Of a stretch of 64,000 nt of DNA, positions 22,273-31,737 are shown piece by piece. The translations under genes and the position numbers were made by a program. Location of the stretch: NCBI GenBank assembly GCA_036508755.1, contig DATCGV010000087.1, positions 1,677 to 65,676 of the forward strand. The letters are read 5' to 3'. The stretch is from Candidatus Limnocylindrales bacterium (GTDB lineage Bacteria > Chloroflexota > Limnocylindria > Limnocylindrales > CSP1-4). The notes beneath the pieces are model-generated. The model was given only the letters and a program-made list of their open reading frames with translations, did not search any database and was not told the origin of the DNA. The number at the start of each line of letters is the position of its first letter. Position 1 is the first letter of the stretch.

Positions 22273-23697
22273 ATGTCCGATCCCTCCGCTTTGCCCGATT
22301 CGACCGTCGGAGCCGACGCCACCGACACACCCCGTCGGCGCGGCGGTCGGGCGGCAACTGTTCTCGCAGTCCTGCTCATCGTGGCCATCGGCGGCAGCGC
22401 CCTGTTCGTCTCCGGTTTCGCGCTCGGCCGGCTCGCCGGATCGACGCCCGGGACGTCGGTCGACAACCAGGAACTGTTCCAACCGTTCTGGGACGCGTAC
22501 GACGACATCGTCCAGAACTACGTGGGTCCGGTCGATCGGCATCTGCTCGTCGAGGGCGCCATCAGCGGCCTGTTCACCGCGCTCAACGACCCGTTTTCGC
22601 AGTACCTGACCCAGGAGCAGTACACCCAGACGCTGAGCGGGCTGTCCGGCGAGTTCACAGGAGTAGGCGTGCAGGTCGCGACGCAGGACGCTTCGGGCGC
22701 CTCGTGTGACACCGTCTCGGCCACCTGTCACCTGGTCCTCGTCCACGTCGTGCGTAACTCGCCGGCGCAAAAGGTCGGGATGCAGGACAACGACCAGATC
22801 GTCGCCATCGACAGCGCATCGACCGACGGTATGACCGTTGACGACGTGGCCAACAAGTTGCGCGGCGCCAAGGGCACGACCGTATCGATCACCGTCGACC
22901 GTGCCGGCACCACCCAGGATTTCACCATCACGCGCGACGTCATCCAGCGTGAGGACGTGACCACCCAGGTTCTGGCCAACGGCAAGGTCGGCTACCTCAA
23001 GCTGGCCGCGTTCAGCTCAGGTTCGTCGACGGACTTCCACGACCTCCTCGACCAGCTCGTCAACCAGAACAAAGTCCAGGGGCTGATCCTCGACCTGCGC
23101 GACGACCCTGGCGGCTACGTTGATGCCGCGCAGAAGATCGCGTCCGAGTTTGTCGCCGACAAGCCGCTCTACTACCAGCAGACAGCGACCGGCCAGCCCG
23201 ATCCCCAGCAGCCCATCCCGGGTGGCGTGGCCACCAATCCTGCAATTCCACTCGTCGTTCTTGTCAACGGCGGCACGGCGAGCGCATCTGAGATCGTCTC
23301 AGCCGCGATCCAGGGCGACGGCCGCGGCGAGCTCATCGGCTCAAAGACGTACGGCAAGGGCACGATCCAGGAGTTCAAGGAGCTATCCGGTGCCGGTGGC
23401 TACCGGCTGTCGGTCTACAAATGGCTGACGCCCGACCTGACCTGGATTCACGGCGTCGGCCTCTTCCCGAACGTTGAGGTCACACCGCCCGACAATCAGC
23501 CGGCCGGCCAGGACGCCGTCCTCGACAAGGGCGTCGAGGTGGTGCTCGACCAGTTGGCCAGCCCGTCGGCGACGTTCCCGCCACCGGTCACGCCCGAGCC
23601 GACACAGACCCCGGCGCCCTCCGCCTCGCCCGTAGCCGTCACCGACCAAACCAGTGGCCTGCAGCTGTCGCTTGCAGTGCCCATCGTGCTGGGTTAA
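22273..23697 (+). CDS. ctpA: Carboxy-terminal processing protease (S41 family) with PDZ domain
   Basis: N-terminal TM anchor and a PDZ region. S41 motifs LILDLRDDPGGY, VLVNGGTASASEI and GSKTYGKGTIQ. Pro/Thr-rich C-terminal tail. Confidence 0.88.
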   Translation: MSDPSALPDSTVGADATDTPRRRGGRAATVLAVLLIVAIGGSALFVSGFALGRLAGSTPGTSVDNQELFQPFWDAYDDIVQNYVGPVDRHLLVEGAISGLFTALNDPFSQYLTQEQYTQTLSGLSGEFTGVGVQVATQDASGASCDTVSATCHLVLVHVVRNSPAQKVGMQDNDQIVAIDSASTDGMTVDDVANKLRGAKGTTVSITVDRAGTTQDFTITRDVIQREDVTTQVLANGKVGYLKLAAFSSGSSTDFHDLLDQLVNQNKVQGLILDLRDDPGGYVDAAQKIASEFVADKPLYYQQTATGQPDPQQPIPGGVATNPAIPLVVLVNGGTASASEIVSAAIQGDGRGELIGSKTYGKGTIQEFKELSGAGGYRLSVYKWLTPDLTWIHGVGLFPNVEVTPPDNQPAGQDAVLDKGVEVVLDQLASPSATFPPPVTPEPTQTPAPSASPVAVTDQTSGLQLSLAVPIVLG

Positions 23698-23714
23698 TGT
23701 GATGGAGAACGAAA

Positions 23715-23758
23715 GGAGGTGATGTGCAGTGTTAGATAAGTCAAGCTGCACCACCTCC
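23715..23758 (+). other. Strong stem-loop pairing an extended Shine-Dalgarno-like sequence with an anti-SD-like sequence
   Basis: GGAGGTG-AT-GTGCAG (23715-23729) pairs with CTGCAC-CACCTCC (23746-23758) around a 16-nt loop. The local GC is far below the window average. Confidence 0.4.
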
Positions 23759-23812
23759 CGGGGGTCGCTTTAGTTAGCTGACACCCGGGTTGTGGTGTAA
23801 GCCGCCACGAAG

Positions 23813-23840
23813 CGCCGGCCCACCTTGGGCCGGCGTTCGT
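23813..23840 (+). terminator. Candidate intrinsic terminator downstream of ctpA
   Basis: 9-bp GC stem CGCCGGCCC / GGGCCGGCG with a 5-nt loop, followed by TTCGTGTGT (a weak U-tract). Confidence 0.35.
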
Positions 23841-23895
23841 GTGTCCGGCGACAATCACTACTCGTTCCCATGCGTAACTCAAGGAGCCTGGCCAG

Positions 23896-24360
23896 GTGGC
23901 CGAGACGATCGCGCTCAACCGCAAGGCGCGCCACAACTACTTCATCACCGATACCTTCGAGGCAGGCCTCGTCCTGACCGGCACGGAAATCAAGAGCATC
24001 CGTGCGCGCAAGGTCAACCTGTCCGACGCCTACGCTCGGGTCGAGCGGGGCGAGGCCTGGCTGATGTCTGCCCACATCGCGCCGTTCGAGCAGGGCAATC
24101 GCTACAACCATGAGCCGCGTCGCGACCGGAAGCTGCTCCTGCACCGCACGGAGATCGACCAGCTCATGGGCCGTGCCGCGGCCAAAGGCCTGACCATCGT
24201 GCCGCTGCGCCTGTACATCAACGACCGCGGCCGGGCCAAGGTGGAGCTCGGCCTGGCCAAGGGCAAGCAGCTCCATGACCGGCGGCGCGACATCGCCGAG
24301 CGCCAATCTCGCCGTGACATGGAACGCGAGCTGGCCGACGCCCAGCGCGGCCGCCGCTAG
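23896..24360 (+). CDS. smpB: SsrA-binding protein SmpB
   Basis: GTG start, with AAGGAG 9 nt upstream. Sequence (V)AETIALNRKARHNYFITDTFEAGLVLTGTEIKSIR is canonical SmpB. Confidence 0.95.
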   Translation: MAETIALNRKARHNYFITDTFEAGLVLTGTEIKSIRARKVNLSDAYARVERGEAWLMSAHIAPFEQGNRYNHEPRRDRKLLLHRTEIDQLMGRAAAKGLTIVPLRLYINDRGRAKVELGLAKGKQLHDRRRDIAERQSRRDMERELADAQRGRR

Positions 24361-25283
24361 CTTCGCGTCCGGAACGCCGCGGCCAGCGCGACTTCGAGAA
24401 CAGGCTGCTCGAACGCATAGCCCAAGGAGAGGGCTCGCGCCGGAGCTACGCGGCGACTGCCCAGGACGAGCGTCGCCTGCTTGCCGAGGGCAAGACGAAT
24501 CGGCGTGGCAGGCGTCGGCAGCCAGAACGGCCGGTGCACCACACGCGCGATCGAACGGCTGAAATCGACCTGTTGGCGAGCTTCGGGGGACGCGAAGTTG
24601 ATCGCGCCACTTGCGTCGTCGTGACGAAGCGCCAGGAGCATCAGGCCGACTACGTCCGTGGAATCTATCCAGCTGATCCACTGCCTGCCGCTGCCCAGCC
24701 TGCCGCCGCCGAACAACCTCACCGGCAACGCGAAGCGTTGGAGCGCCGGCGCTTCGCGGTCGACGACGAGACTCATGCGCGTGACGACGACGCGAACTCC
24801 GGCGTTCTGGGCGTGCAACGCGGCCGACTCCCAGTCGACGCAGAGACGCGCAAGGAATGTATCCGCTGGCGCTGATTCCTCGGTCGCCGGTTCTGCGTCA
24901 TTGCCTTCGTAGATGTCGACACCGGAGCCGCTGATGAAGACGGGCGGTCGATCGGAGCTTGGCATCCGCGCCATCGCGTCGACGAGGGCGGCGGTCGCCA
25001 CGAGTCGACTGTCCACCAGATCGCGCATCCGACGGGCTGTCCATGGCCACCTACCTACCGACGATCCGGCGAGATTGATTACAGCGTCAGCTGCTCGAAG
25101 ATCCTCGGTCCAGCTGCCCGAAGCGTCCCGCGGGTCCCATCCCTTTACCGTTATGCCTTCGCTGCCCAGCCGCTGCTGCGCCGCACGGCGGCTGAGGACG
25201 ATCGGCTCGTCGCCGCGGCCTTGAAGAGCCGAGGCAATCCTTCGACCAATGAGACCACTCCCCCCGGCAATGACGACTCTCAT
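24357..25283 (-). CDS. SDR/epimerase-family protein of the YfcH (TIGR01777, DUF1731 C-terminus) type
   Basis: N-terminal Rossmann motif MRVVIAGGSGLIGRR. C-terminal ...GSGRQWISWIDSTD... and ...GYAFEQP... typical of YfcH-like proteins. An upstream GTG at 25298 is possible. Confidence 0.75.
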   Translation of the reverse strand: MRVVIAGGSGLIGRRIASALQGRGDEPIVLSRRAAQQRLGSEGITVKGWDPRDASGSWTEDLRAADAVINLAGSSVGRWPWTARRMRDLVDSRLVATAALVDAMARMPSSDRPPVFISGSGVDIYEGNDAEPATEESAPADTFLARLCVDWESAALHAQNAGVRVVVTRMSLVVDREAPALQRFALPVRLFGGGRLGSGRQWISWIDSTDVVGLMLLALRHDDASGAINFASPEARQQVDFSRSIARVVHRPFWLPTPATPIRLALGKQATLVLGSRRVAPARALSLGYAFEQPVLEVALAAAFRTRS

Positions 25284-25419
25284 TTGACCGCGAAACACAC
25301 AACTTGCACGTACTGAGTATCGTGCCGATACGTACTAGTGTCAAGTAACGAGTTTTGCCTTGGTCAAGCGTCGAACGGCGGTCGCAAACCGTCGCCATGC
25401 CTGGGCCGGACGTCCGCCG

Positions 25420-25448
25420 TTGGCGAACGGGCGTTCTACTGGTAGACT
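25420..25448 (+). promoter_or_regulatory. Candidate promoter of the tmRNA gene (TTGGCG-17 nt-TAGACT)
   Basis: The -10 element ends 9 nt upstream of the mature tmRNA 5' end. Confidence 0.35.
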
Positions 25449-25457
25449 CACCGGTCT

Positions 25458-25830
25458 GGGGATGAGTGGTTTCGACAGGGCCGGATCCCCGGAGAACGCG
25501 AGCCGAGGTTGCCATCAGGCCTCGTTAATCAGGTGGCAAAACGAAGTAACTGGCAACCGCCAGCCTGCTCTCGCCCTCGCCGCTTAAGGCGGTAAGGTGA
25601 GCGTCGAAGCAGCCCCATCCCCGCGGGTTGTGGAAGCGTCATTCAGCGGGGATGCGCTATCGACCAGGTCACGTAGCCGGTAGCAAAGCCCGCAAGGGAA
25701 CGTGGATGGATCGATCAGTACGCTGTCGATGGCGGACCGGTAGATTGACGATAAATCATCGAACACGCTCGTAGCTGGTCTCCGGCTGATGGTTCTGGAC
25801 GAGGAGTTCGACTCTCCTCCATCTCCACCA
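25458..25830 (+). ncRNA. ssrA: tmRNA (SsrA), 373 nt including the encoded CCA
   Basis: The 5' GGGGAUGAGUGGUUUCGACAGGG pairs with the 3' ...CAUCUCCACCA, including the G3:U wobble. T-arm GAGGAGUUCGACUCUCCUC. Tag ORF GGC AAC CGC CAG CCT GCT CTC GCC CTC GCC GCT TAA (25552-25587) = GNRQPALALAA. Confidence 0.93.
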
Positions 25831-25905
25831 GATTCCCTGCCTCCTTCCCCGGCGCTCCTCGGATATTGTTCGCGCCTGTCCGTCACGACCCGAGGATGCT
25901 CACGC

Positions 25906-26313
25906 ATGGCAACCGGCACCGGCACGAAGCAAGACCCCTGGCAGCTCAAGACGCCGCCCGGCACGTCCGCGTACCAGATGTGGCTGGATGAGGCCTCCGA
26001 CCCGCCGGCAATCATCTGTCAGGTAGGCGGCACGCAGCTCAAGTACCAGAAGCGCGCTATCGACGACCTGCACGCGATGCTCAAGGCAAACGGCGGCTGG
26101 ATGGACCTGGGCGGCGCCGACGAGCAGAAGCCCGCGGCCGAAGGCACGGTCGAGGCGTGGGGACGCGCAGAGAACAACCCGGTCGGCGGCTGGTACGGGA
26201 TGAAGAAGGGCCTGCGCGGCCGCTTCGGTGTCTACATGCCGCCGCTGATGGAGGCGCTTGGCTTGGTAGAGCTCACTCACGACCCCAAGAGCAACAAGAT
26301 GCGGGCGATCTAG
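25906..26313 (+). CDS. Conserved hypothetical protein (135 aa)
   Basis: ATG at 25906. Sequence MATGTGTKQDPWQLKTPPGTSAYQMW...NPVGGWYGMKKGLRGRFGVYMPPLMEALGL. It is protein-like and I believe widely conserved, but I cannot name a characterised family. Confidence 0.55.
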   Translation: MATGTGTKQDPWQLKTPPGTSAYQMWLDEASDPPAIICQVGGTQLKYQKRAIDDLHAMLKANGGWMDLGGADEQKPAAEGTVEAWGRAENNPVGGWYGMKKGLRGRFGVYMPPLMEALGLVELTHDPKSNKMRAI

Positions 26314-28214
26314 GGGTGCGGGTGGTTCGCCCTCCAGACTGACGCGAGCACCTTCGTCCCTGACGCCGGGTCGCCGGGGAAGCGGCCGACCAGCACCAGG
26401 CCGGTGATCGTCTTGTAATTCGACGTGAACGTGTCCTGGTGCAGGACGTTGCCCGCCGCGTCCTTGACCGTGCGGACCACGACGGAGTCGAAACCGTTGA
26501 CGGCAAATTCGACTCGGTTCTGGACACCCGGCCCGAGCGCGTCGGTGTACTGGTACCAATCCTGGGCCGACTGGGCATTGGTGATCACCGGGTCGGAGAA
26601 GGTCGTCGACCGACCGTCGGGCACGCCGTACAGCTCGAACGTGACCGCACCCTGCGTGTTGATGCCACGGATGAGGATCGGGTACCCGGTGTCGTTTACG
26701 AACGACATCGTCTGCTTGCTGTTCGGCCCGGCGATCCAGACGGTCGCGTCGAGGCCGACCGGGTAACGGCTGATGTAGTAGGTGTGGTTGCGGCGTGCCC
26801 TGATGTCCAGCCCGGCGCGCGCAGCGGCGTTGAACATCGTCGTCGAGGATGAGCACATGCCGCCGCCCAGGACGCCGGCCTCGACGGTGTGGCCGTGAAT
26901 GATCGCCGCGCCGGCGGTGTACGGCGGCGACGTGATCGGGCCGATCACGGCGAGGTAGTCGAACAGCGCTCCGGGCTCAACGACAGTGCCGTTGATCTTG
27001 GCCGTCGGAACCTGGATGTTGACGCCGCCGCCGTTCAATGTGCTGGAGATGTAGTGCGTGGTCCACTCGCCGATCTTGGTCACCTTGGCCGAGATGGCGG
27101 TAGCGTCGTTGGTCGAGAACTTGGGCGCAACCGACGCCAGCGCGAGCTCGGCGCCGGACGGAGCTGAACCGCCCGTGGCGCGCGCCTGGAGCGCGGCCAT
27201 GATGTTGTCCGTGGTCGTGTCGACCTGCGTTGCGCGGCCGTCGGCGCTGGGCACGACCTTGACGTTAACGCCACTGCCGCCGTCAAACGTGAACGTCGCG
27301 TTGGTCGGCTGAACGTCGGTCTGGAGCGCGTAATTGCTGACGAACTGAGCGATCGGGTCGTGCTCGAGGACGATCTGCCAGTTGCCGTTGCCTGGTCCCG
27401 GCTGGAGGTGGACCCAACCACGCAGGACGTCCGACGTGATGGTCGTAGACAGGTCGGCACCGGCGACGGTCAGATCGCTGCCGACCACCCGCTCGTAGCT
27501 GTCAGCGGCCGCCTGGGCCTGCGCTATGGTGACGGCCGGCGGCACGACCGACGTGTGGACTGAAATCTGGGAGTTGGCCGCCGACGTGCCGTTGACGGCG
27601 TTCACGGCGTCCGTGACCGAGCCCTCGACATCGACCGACTGGCCGTCGCTCGCCGGGCTGACGACATAATGCCCGCCGACGAGACTGAGGCTGGCGCTGA
27701 CTGGGTCGCGCTGGGCCTGCTGAGCGATCTTGGCCACGGCGGCAACGAGCTGGTCGTTGCTCCAGGTGACTTGTGGCTGCACCGACACGCCGTTGAACAG
27801 GATGCGCAGCTGGTCCTGGATCTGCTGTACGAAGTTGGGCGCGCGGCCCAGGTCGAGCGCCTGGTCGAGCATCGCGTTGAGGTCGTAGTCGCGCCCGAAG
27901 GAGGAATAGGGAACCGACTCCTGGACGCCGTTGATGTTGACGACGAGGTTGCCGCTCGACAGGCTTGGCAGCGACTGCGTCAGCTTGGCCGCGGCCTGAT
28001 TGCGGTCAAGGCCAGCGACGGAGATGCCCGCGACGTCCACGCCGGGCAGGACCTTGCCCTGGTTGACGCGGGCGTAGCCCACCGCGAACGAGGCCATGAA
28101 CACGACGATCGCGATCAGGGTCAGGATGAACGTGAATATCCCGCGCCGCCAGCTGTGGCCGGGCGCAGAGGACTTGACGTATGGGATCGCGTAAGGGTCG
28201 GAACGAGTCGTCAT
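26310..28214 (-). CDS. VanW-family membrane-anchored cell-wall protein
   Basis: N-terminal TM helix and repeated peptidoglycan-binding-like segments. VanW core ...RRNHTYYISRYPVGLDATVW.... G5-like C-terminus. Confidence 0.75.
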   Translation of the reverse strand: MTTRSDPYAIPYVKSSAPGHSWRRGIFTFILTLIAIVVFMASFAVGYARVNQGKVLPGVDVAGISVAGLDRNQAAAKLTQSLPSLSSGNLVVNINGVQESVPYSSFGRDYDLNAMLDQALDLGRAPNFVQQIQDQLRILFNGVSVQPQVTWSNDQLVAAVAKIAQQAQRDPVSASLSLVGGHYVVSPASDGQSVDVEGSVTDAVNAVNGTSAANSQISVHTSVVPPAVTIAQAQAAADSYERVVGSDLTVAGADLSTTITSDVLRGWVHLQPGPGNGNWQIVLEHDPIAQFVSNYALQTDVQPTNATFTFDGGSGVNVKVVPSADGRATQVDTTTDNIMAALQARATGGSAPSGAELALASVAPKFSTNDATAISAKVTKIGEWTTHYISSTLNGGGVNIQVPTAKINGTVVEPGALFDYLAVIGPITSPPYTAGAAIIHGHTVEAGVLGGGMCSSSTTMFNAAARAGLDIRARRNHTYYISRYPVGLDATVWIAGPNSKQTMSFVNDTGYPILIRGINTQGAVTFELYGVPDGRSTTFSDPVITNAQSAQDWYQYTDALGPGVQNRVEFAVNGFDSVVVRTVKDAAGNVLHQDTFTSNYKTITGLVLVGRFPGDPASGTKVLASVWRANHPHP

Positions 28215-28406
28215 TGGTGCCGAATGCTAGCGGCGGTCTCTGCCGCCTGGTGTGAGTAGAAGGTCCCGGCCGCAACCAGCCCAAGTGGTGCATCCGCGCA
28301 CCGGCCCGAGGCTGCCCGGGAAAACTATGACGGACGCCTCTGACTCGCTGTTACGAGCCTTGGCGACCATTCCGTAATTGTCCTGCAGGCGCGCGGCGCT
28401 CGCTCG

Positions 28407-29459
28407 TTACTGGCGCTTGAGGACGACGACCCTGCGGTGCGGCTCTTCGCCGATCGACTGCGTCGCCACATCGGGATTGCCGCGCAGCGCGAGATGGATC
28501 CAGCGCCGCTCGAGGGCGGGCATGGGCTCGAGCTGGATCATCTTGCCGCTCTCGCGCACGTGCTCAGCGGCGCGCGTCGCGATCTCGCGCAGCTGCCGCT
28601 CGCGCCGGCCGCGATAGTCTTCGACGTCCACCAGCACGCGCGTCCACGCGCCAAGCTTGCGCGACAGCATCAGGTTGACAAGGTGCTGGAGTGCCGAAAG
28701 CCTCTCGCCCTTGCGCCCGATGAGCGCGCCGAGCGCCTCCTTGTCGTTCTCACTTCCGCGCACGTCGAGCTTCGACGTATCGCCTGTCTCGACGCTTACG
28801 GTGACGTCGAGGCCCATGTGCTTGAGCAGCTCATCGAGGATGTCGCGGCCGGCCGCGAGCGCCTCAGGGCTTGCCTCTGCCGCCTGGATCTCCTCGCGCT
28901 CCACGGACAGGTTGGCGCGATTGGCGCGCACCTCGGCCTGCTCGCTGTCTGAGAGCTGACCCGTGCGCTCTCGAACGAAGCCGGTGCGGCCGTGGGGCCG
29001 GTCGCTGGCAGGCCGGCGAGCGCCCTGCGTGTCGCGCGGCGGGCGCATCCCTGCCGGGGCGGCCGGCGCTTCGCTGCTCACCTGGCCTGTTTCAGCCCGG
29101 CGCTCGCCACGATCTCGGCCGAAGTCGCGCCGGCCGCGCTCGCGGTCGCCGCGCGGACCACGGCGGTCGAAGCCGCGCTCGCCCTCGCCACGATCCGCAT
29201 CCGGCTCGCGCGGCTCGCGCGGCGCGACGGGTGGCAGAGGCGCCTGTGCCGCGGCCTCGCGCCGCGGAGCGGCGCCACCGAGCGCTGAACGCGGCGCGGC
29301 AATGATTCGCGCCGGCTCGGCGCCCATGCCCAGCACGCCGCGGCTGCCGGGGGTGAGGATCTCGAAGTCGAGCTCGTCAAGGCTCGCGCCGAAGGCCTCA
29401 CGCGCAGCGCGCAGAGCCTCCTCGACGGTCTTGCCGGTGAACTCCTGGTATTCGCTCAT
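28407..29459 (-). CDS. jag: Jag/SpoIIIJ-associated RNA-binding protein (Jag_N-KH-R3H) with a long Arg/Gly/Asp/Glu-rich linker
   Basis: Jag_N start [25 protein letters not shown]-terminal R3H region LEPMPALERRWIHLAL. ATGA overlap with the yidC stop. Confidence 0.85.
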   Translation of the reverse strand: MSEYQEFTGKTVEEALRAAREAFGASLDELDFEILTPGSRGVLGMGAEPARIIAAPRSALGGAAPRREAAAQAPLPPVAPREPREPDADRGEGERGFDRRGPRGDRERGRRDFGRDRGERRAETGQVSSEAPAAPAGMRPPRDTQGARRPASDRPHGRTGFVRERTGQLSDSEQAEVRANRANLSVEREEIQAAEASPEALAAGRDILDELLKHMGLDVTVSVETGDTSKLDVRGSENDKEALGALIGRKGERLSALQHLVNLMLSRKLGAWTRVLVDVEDYRGRRERQLREIATRAAEHVRESGKMIQLEPMPALERRWIHLALRGNPDVATQSIGEEPHRRVVVLKRQ

Positions 29460-30862
29460 CGCCGTCTCCCTCGTCGGCTTGTGCGCCCTCGCTGACGCGC
29501 CGGCTTGATGGTGCCTGCCGCACGGTCTGTTGCTGTGCGGTTGTCTTCTTCGGCGCGGCGCGAATCCGCGCCGCTAGCTGAACTGGATGGTGGCGCGGGC
29601 TTCGGCGGCGGAACCGGGAAGCGCGGCTGATGGTTAACGGCAAAGCCCGGTGTCCAGCCAAAGAGCGGGAAGAGAGAACCCCAACCCGCGATCAGGTACT
29701 GCTGGACGACCGAGAAGAGGGTGAACACGATCCAGTAGATGAACAGCCCGCCCGGCAGGAACGACCCGTAGACGATCGAGAAGAGGGGCAGCAGCAGGAA
29801 GATGCGCTGTTGTGAAGCCTGCTGAGCGTCGCTCGTCCGCGGCTGGGCCATGCGCGTCTGGACCAACTGGAGCATGGCGGAGATGAGCGCCAGCCCACTC
29901 ACACCGAAGCCGAATACATGGAACAGCACCTGCGGAACGTGAGCGTCCATGTTGAACAGCCAGTGGATGGTCGGGTCGATGCACGGACCAATCGCCTGGC
30001 ACGGGAATGGTTGCAGGACCGGGATGCTGAAGACCTGGAGCGCCGAGGTGATGTTGGGCGATGCCAGGCCGGTGCTGATGACCGAATAGATCGGGATCAA
30101 CAGGAACAGCTGGAGAACAGATGGCAGGCAACCGGACGTGGGATTGACACCGCGCTCGCGGTACAAGCGCATCGTCTCTTCGTTGACCTTGGTCCGGTTG
30201 CCCTTGTATTTCTGCCCGAGCGTCCTGATCTCGGGCTGGATCATCTGCAGCCGACGCTGCGAGACGATCTGGGCGCGGAAGAGCGGGATCAGGATGGTCT
30301 TGATCAGCAGCGTCAGCACGATGATGGCGATACCGACGTCGCCTGTCAGCCGGTAGAAGAGGGCCAGAACCAGGAACAGGGTCTGGAAGATCGGATTGAA
30401 CAACCAGGCGAGCAGGTCGGTCGGGCTGCCTGACAGCTGCGCCGGGCAGAGCGGGTGAGCCGGACCGGGCGTCGGCGCCGGAGTTGGCGTCGCGTTTGGG
30501 TCGGGCGTCCCGACAGGGCTCGAGGTCTCAGCGGGTGTCGGCGTCGGTGTGACCGGTGGCAGAGGACACGGCGCCGCCTCCGATGCTGCTGACGCTTCGG
30601 CTGATGGAGCGGCCGATGCATCCGGCGCAACAGACGTGGCTGGGGTGACGATTGGCGCCGGCGTCGCCGCGATCGAGGCCGCGGGCGACTCCGCACCGAC
30701 GGGCACCACAGAGCCGAACAACGCCACGAACGTGAGTGCTGCAAGCAGACCGGCAAGCACGACACGCGCCGCGCGTCGCGAACGGATCAGGCGGCGGAGG
30801 TCAGCGGACAGGGTCGAAGCCCCCCGGATTCCAGGGATGGCAGCGCGCGATGCGCTTGGCAC
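29456..30862 (-). CDS. yidC: Membrane protein insertase YidC (start uncertain)
   Basis: YidC/Oxa1 core (…[28 protein letters not shown]...NPTSGCLP...) after a Pro/Ala/Thr-rich N-terminal region. The GTG at 30862 overlaps yidD by 62 nt. Confidence 0.85.
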   Translation of the reverse strand: MPSASRAAIPGIRGASTLSADLRRLIRSRRAARVVLAGLLAALTFVALFGSVVPVGAESPAASIAATPAPIVTPATSVAPDASAAPSAEASAASEAAPCPLPPVTPTPTPAETSSPVGTPDPNATPTPAPTPGPAHPLCPAQLSGSPTDLLAWLFNPIFQTLFLVLALFYRLTGDVGIAIIVLTLLIKTILIPLFRAQIVSQRRLQMIQPEIRTLGQKYKGNRTKVNEETMRLYRERGVNPTSGCLPSVLQLFLLIPIYSVISTGLASPNITSALQVFSIPVLQPFPCQAIGPCIDPTIHWLFNMDAHVPQVLFHVFGFGVSGLALISAMLQLVQTRMAQPRTSDAQQASQQRIFLLLPLFSIVYGSFLPGGLFIYWIVFTLFSVVQQYLIAGWGSLFPLFGWTPGFAVNHQPRFPVPPPKPAPPSSSASGADSRRAEEDNRTATDRAAGTIKPARQRGRTSRRGRRR

Positions 30863-31019
30863 CCATCCAGCTGCCCCTGAATAGCCCGTATTTGACGATT
30901 GCCTGCTCGGTGTAGTGCGAGCAGGTGGGCTCGAAGCGGCACGATGACGGCATCCATCCGAATGCGATGCGATAGAGGTGGATGAGACCGACCCCGATCG
31001 GCACGGTGATGCGCCTCAC
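30801..31019 (-). CDS. yidD: Membrane protein insertion efficiency factor YidD
   Basis: 72 aa, ...[26 protein letters not shown]...[17 protein letters not shown] overlap with the rnpA stop. Confidence 0.9.
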   Translation of the reverse strand: MRRITVPIGVGLIHLYRIAFGWMPSSCRFEPTCSHYTEQAIVKYGLFRGSWMGAKRIARCHPWNPGGFDPVR

Positions 31020-31381
31020 CGCGCTGCCTGCTCCACTCGGCCGCCAACGTCAAGCAGCTTTGCGCCATGCAACATCTGGCGCAGCGCGACCTCCAGCTCC
31101 GATTGCTTCACGGTCGACGACGCTGGGCGGGCAACGAGCAGGATGTCGAAGCCGGGCTCGAGCGCCGGCTCGAGCGCGCGCAGGATCGTGCGCAGCCGGC
31201 GGCGTACGCCATTACGGATGACTGCCGATCCCACCTTGCGGCTCGTTGAGATTCCGTAGCGCGTGCGTTCAAGCCCATTCCTGCGGTAGCGCAGCAGCAG
31301 CAGCGGATGCGCTCGACTGCGGCTCTGCGATTGGATGTGCTGAAAGTCGGCGACCGATCGAAGCATCTCGAGGACGGCCAC
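31016..31381 (-). CDS. rnpA: Ribonuclease P protein component
   Basis: Basic RnpA motif ...[22 protein letters not shown].... Lies between rpmH and yidD. GTG at 31381 or ATG at 31366. Confidence 0.85.
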   Translation of the reverse strand: MAVLEMLRSVADFQHIQSQSRSRAHPLLLLRYRRNGLERTRYGISTSRKVGSAVIRNGVRRRLRTILRALEPALEPGFDILLVARPASSTVKQSELEVALRQMLHGAKLLDVGGRVEQAAR

Positions 31382-31408
31382 CTCGATCCTCCTGAAGGTA
31401 CCCTCGCC

Positions 31409-31546
31409 CTAAGCGGTGAGCTGCTTCCGCCCCTTCGCCCGCCGCGACGCCAGCACCCGGCGACCCGCCTTGGTATTCATCCGGGCGCGAAAGCCGTGCT
31501 CTTTGGCGCGGTGCCGCTTCTTGGGCTGGTACGTCTGCTTGGTCAT
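31409..31546 (-). CDS. rpmH: 50S ribosomal protein L34
   Basis: [45 protein letters not shown] (45 aa), canonical L34. Confidence 0.95.
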   Translation of the reverse strand: MTKQTYQPKKRHRAKEHGFRARMNTKAGRRVLASRRAKGRKQLTA

Positions 31547-31737
31547 GACTCCCCGAGACTTCTGGCGCCGGTGGGTCAGGACGGCCGGCAAACCAACCGA
31601 TCTGCTGAGTGTTGGCGACGCGCCCTCAAAGTTGGGCTGGCGCGCTTCGATCGACGTCCGGGCGCCACGGCGCGTCGACTTCGGGCGGGATTATATCCAC
31701 GCATGACACAACCGACCGATTTGCACTGAGGGGTTCG

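Noticed and set aside
24357-24360. Shared palindromic CTAG/CTAA providing stop codons for both members of convergent gene pairs (24357-24360 smpB/yfcH-like, 26310-26313, 39726-29), and a 26-nt 3' overlap at 48790-48815.
   Set aside because: This reflects compact genome organisation. I see no evidence for a functional element beyond tight packing.
25831-26313. Possible genomic island integrated at the tmRNA 3' end.
   Set aside because: There is no integrase, no duplicated tmRNA 3' fragment (attR-like repeat) in the window, and no GC shift. The single downstream gene is a small conserved hypothetical, followed by ordinary cell-wall and yidC-operon genes.
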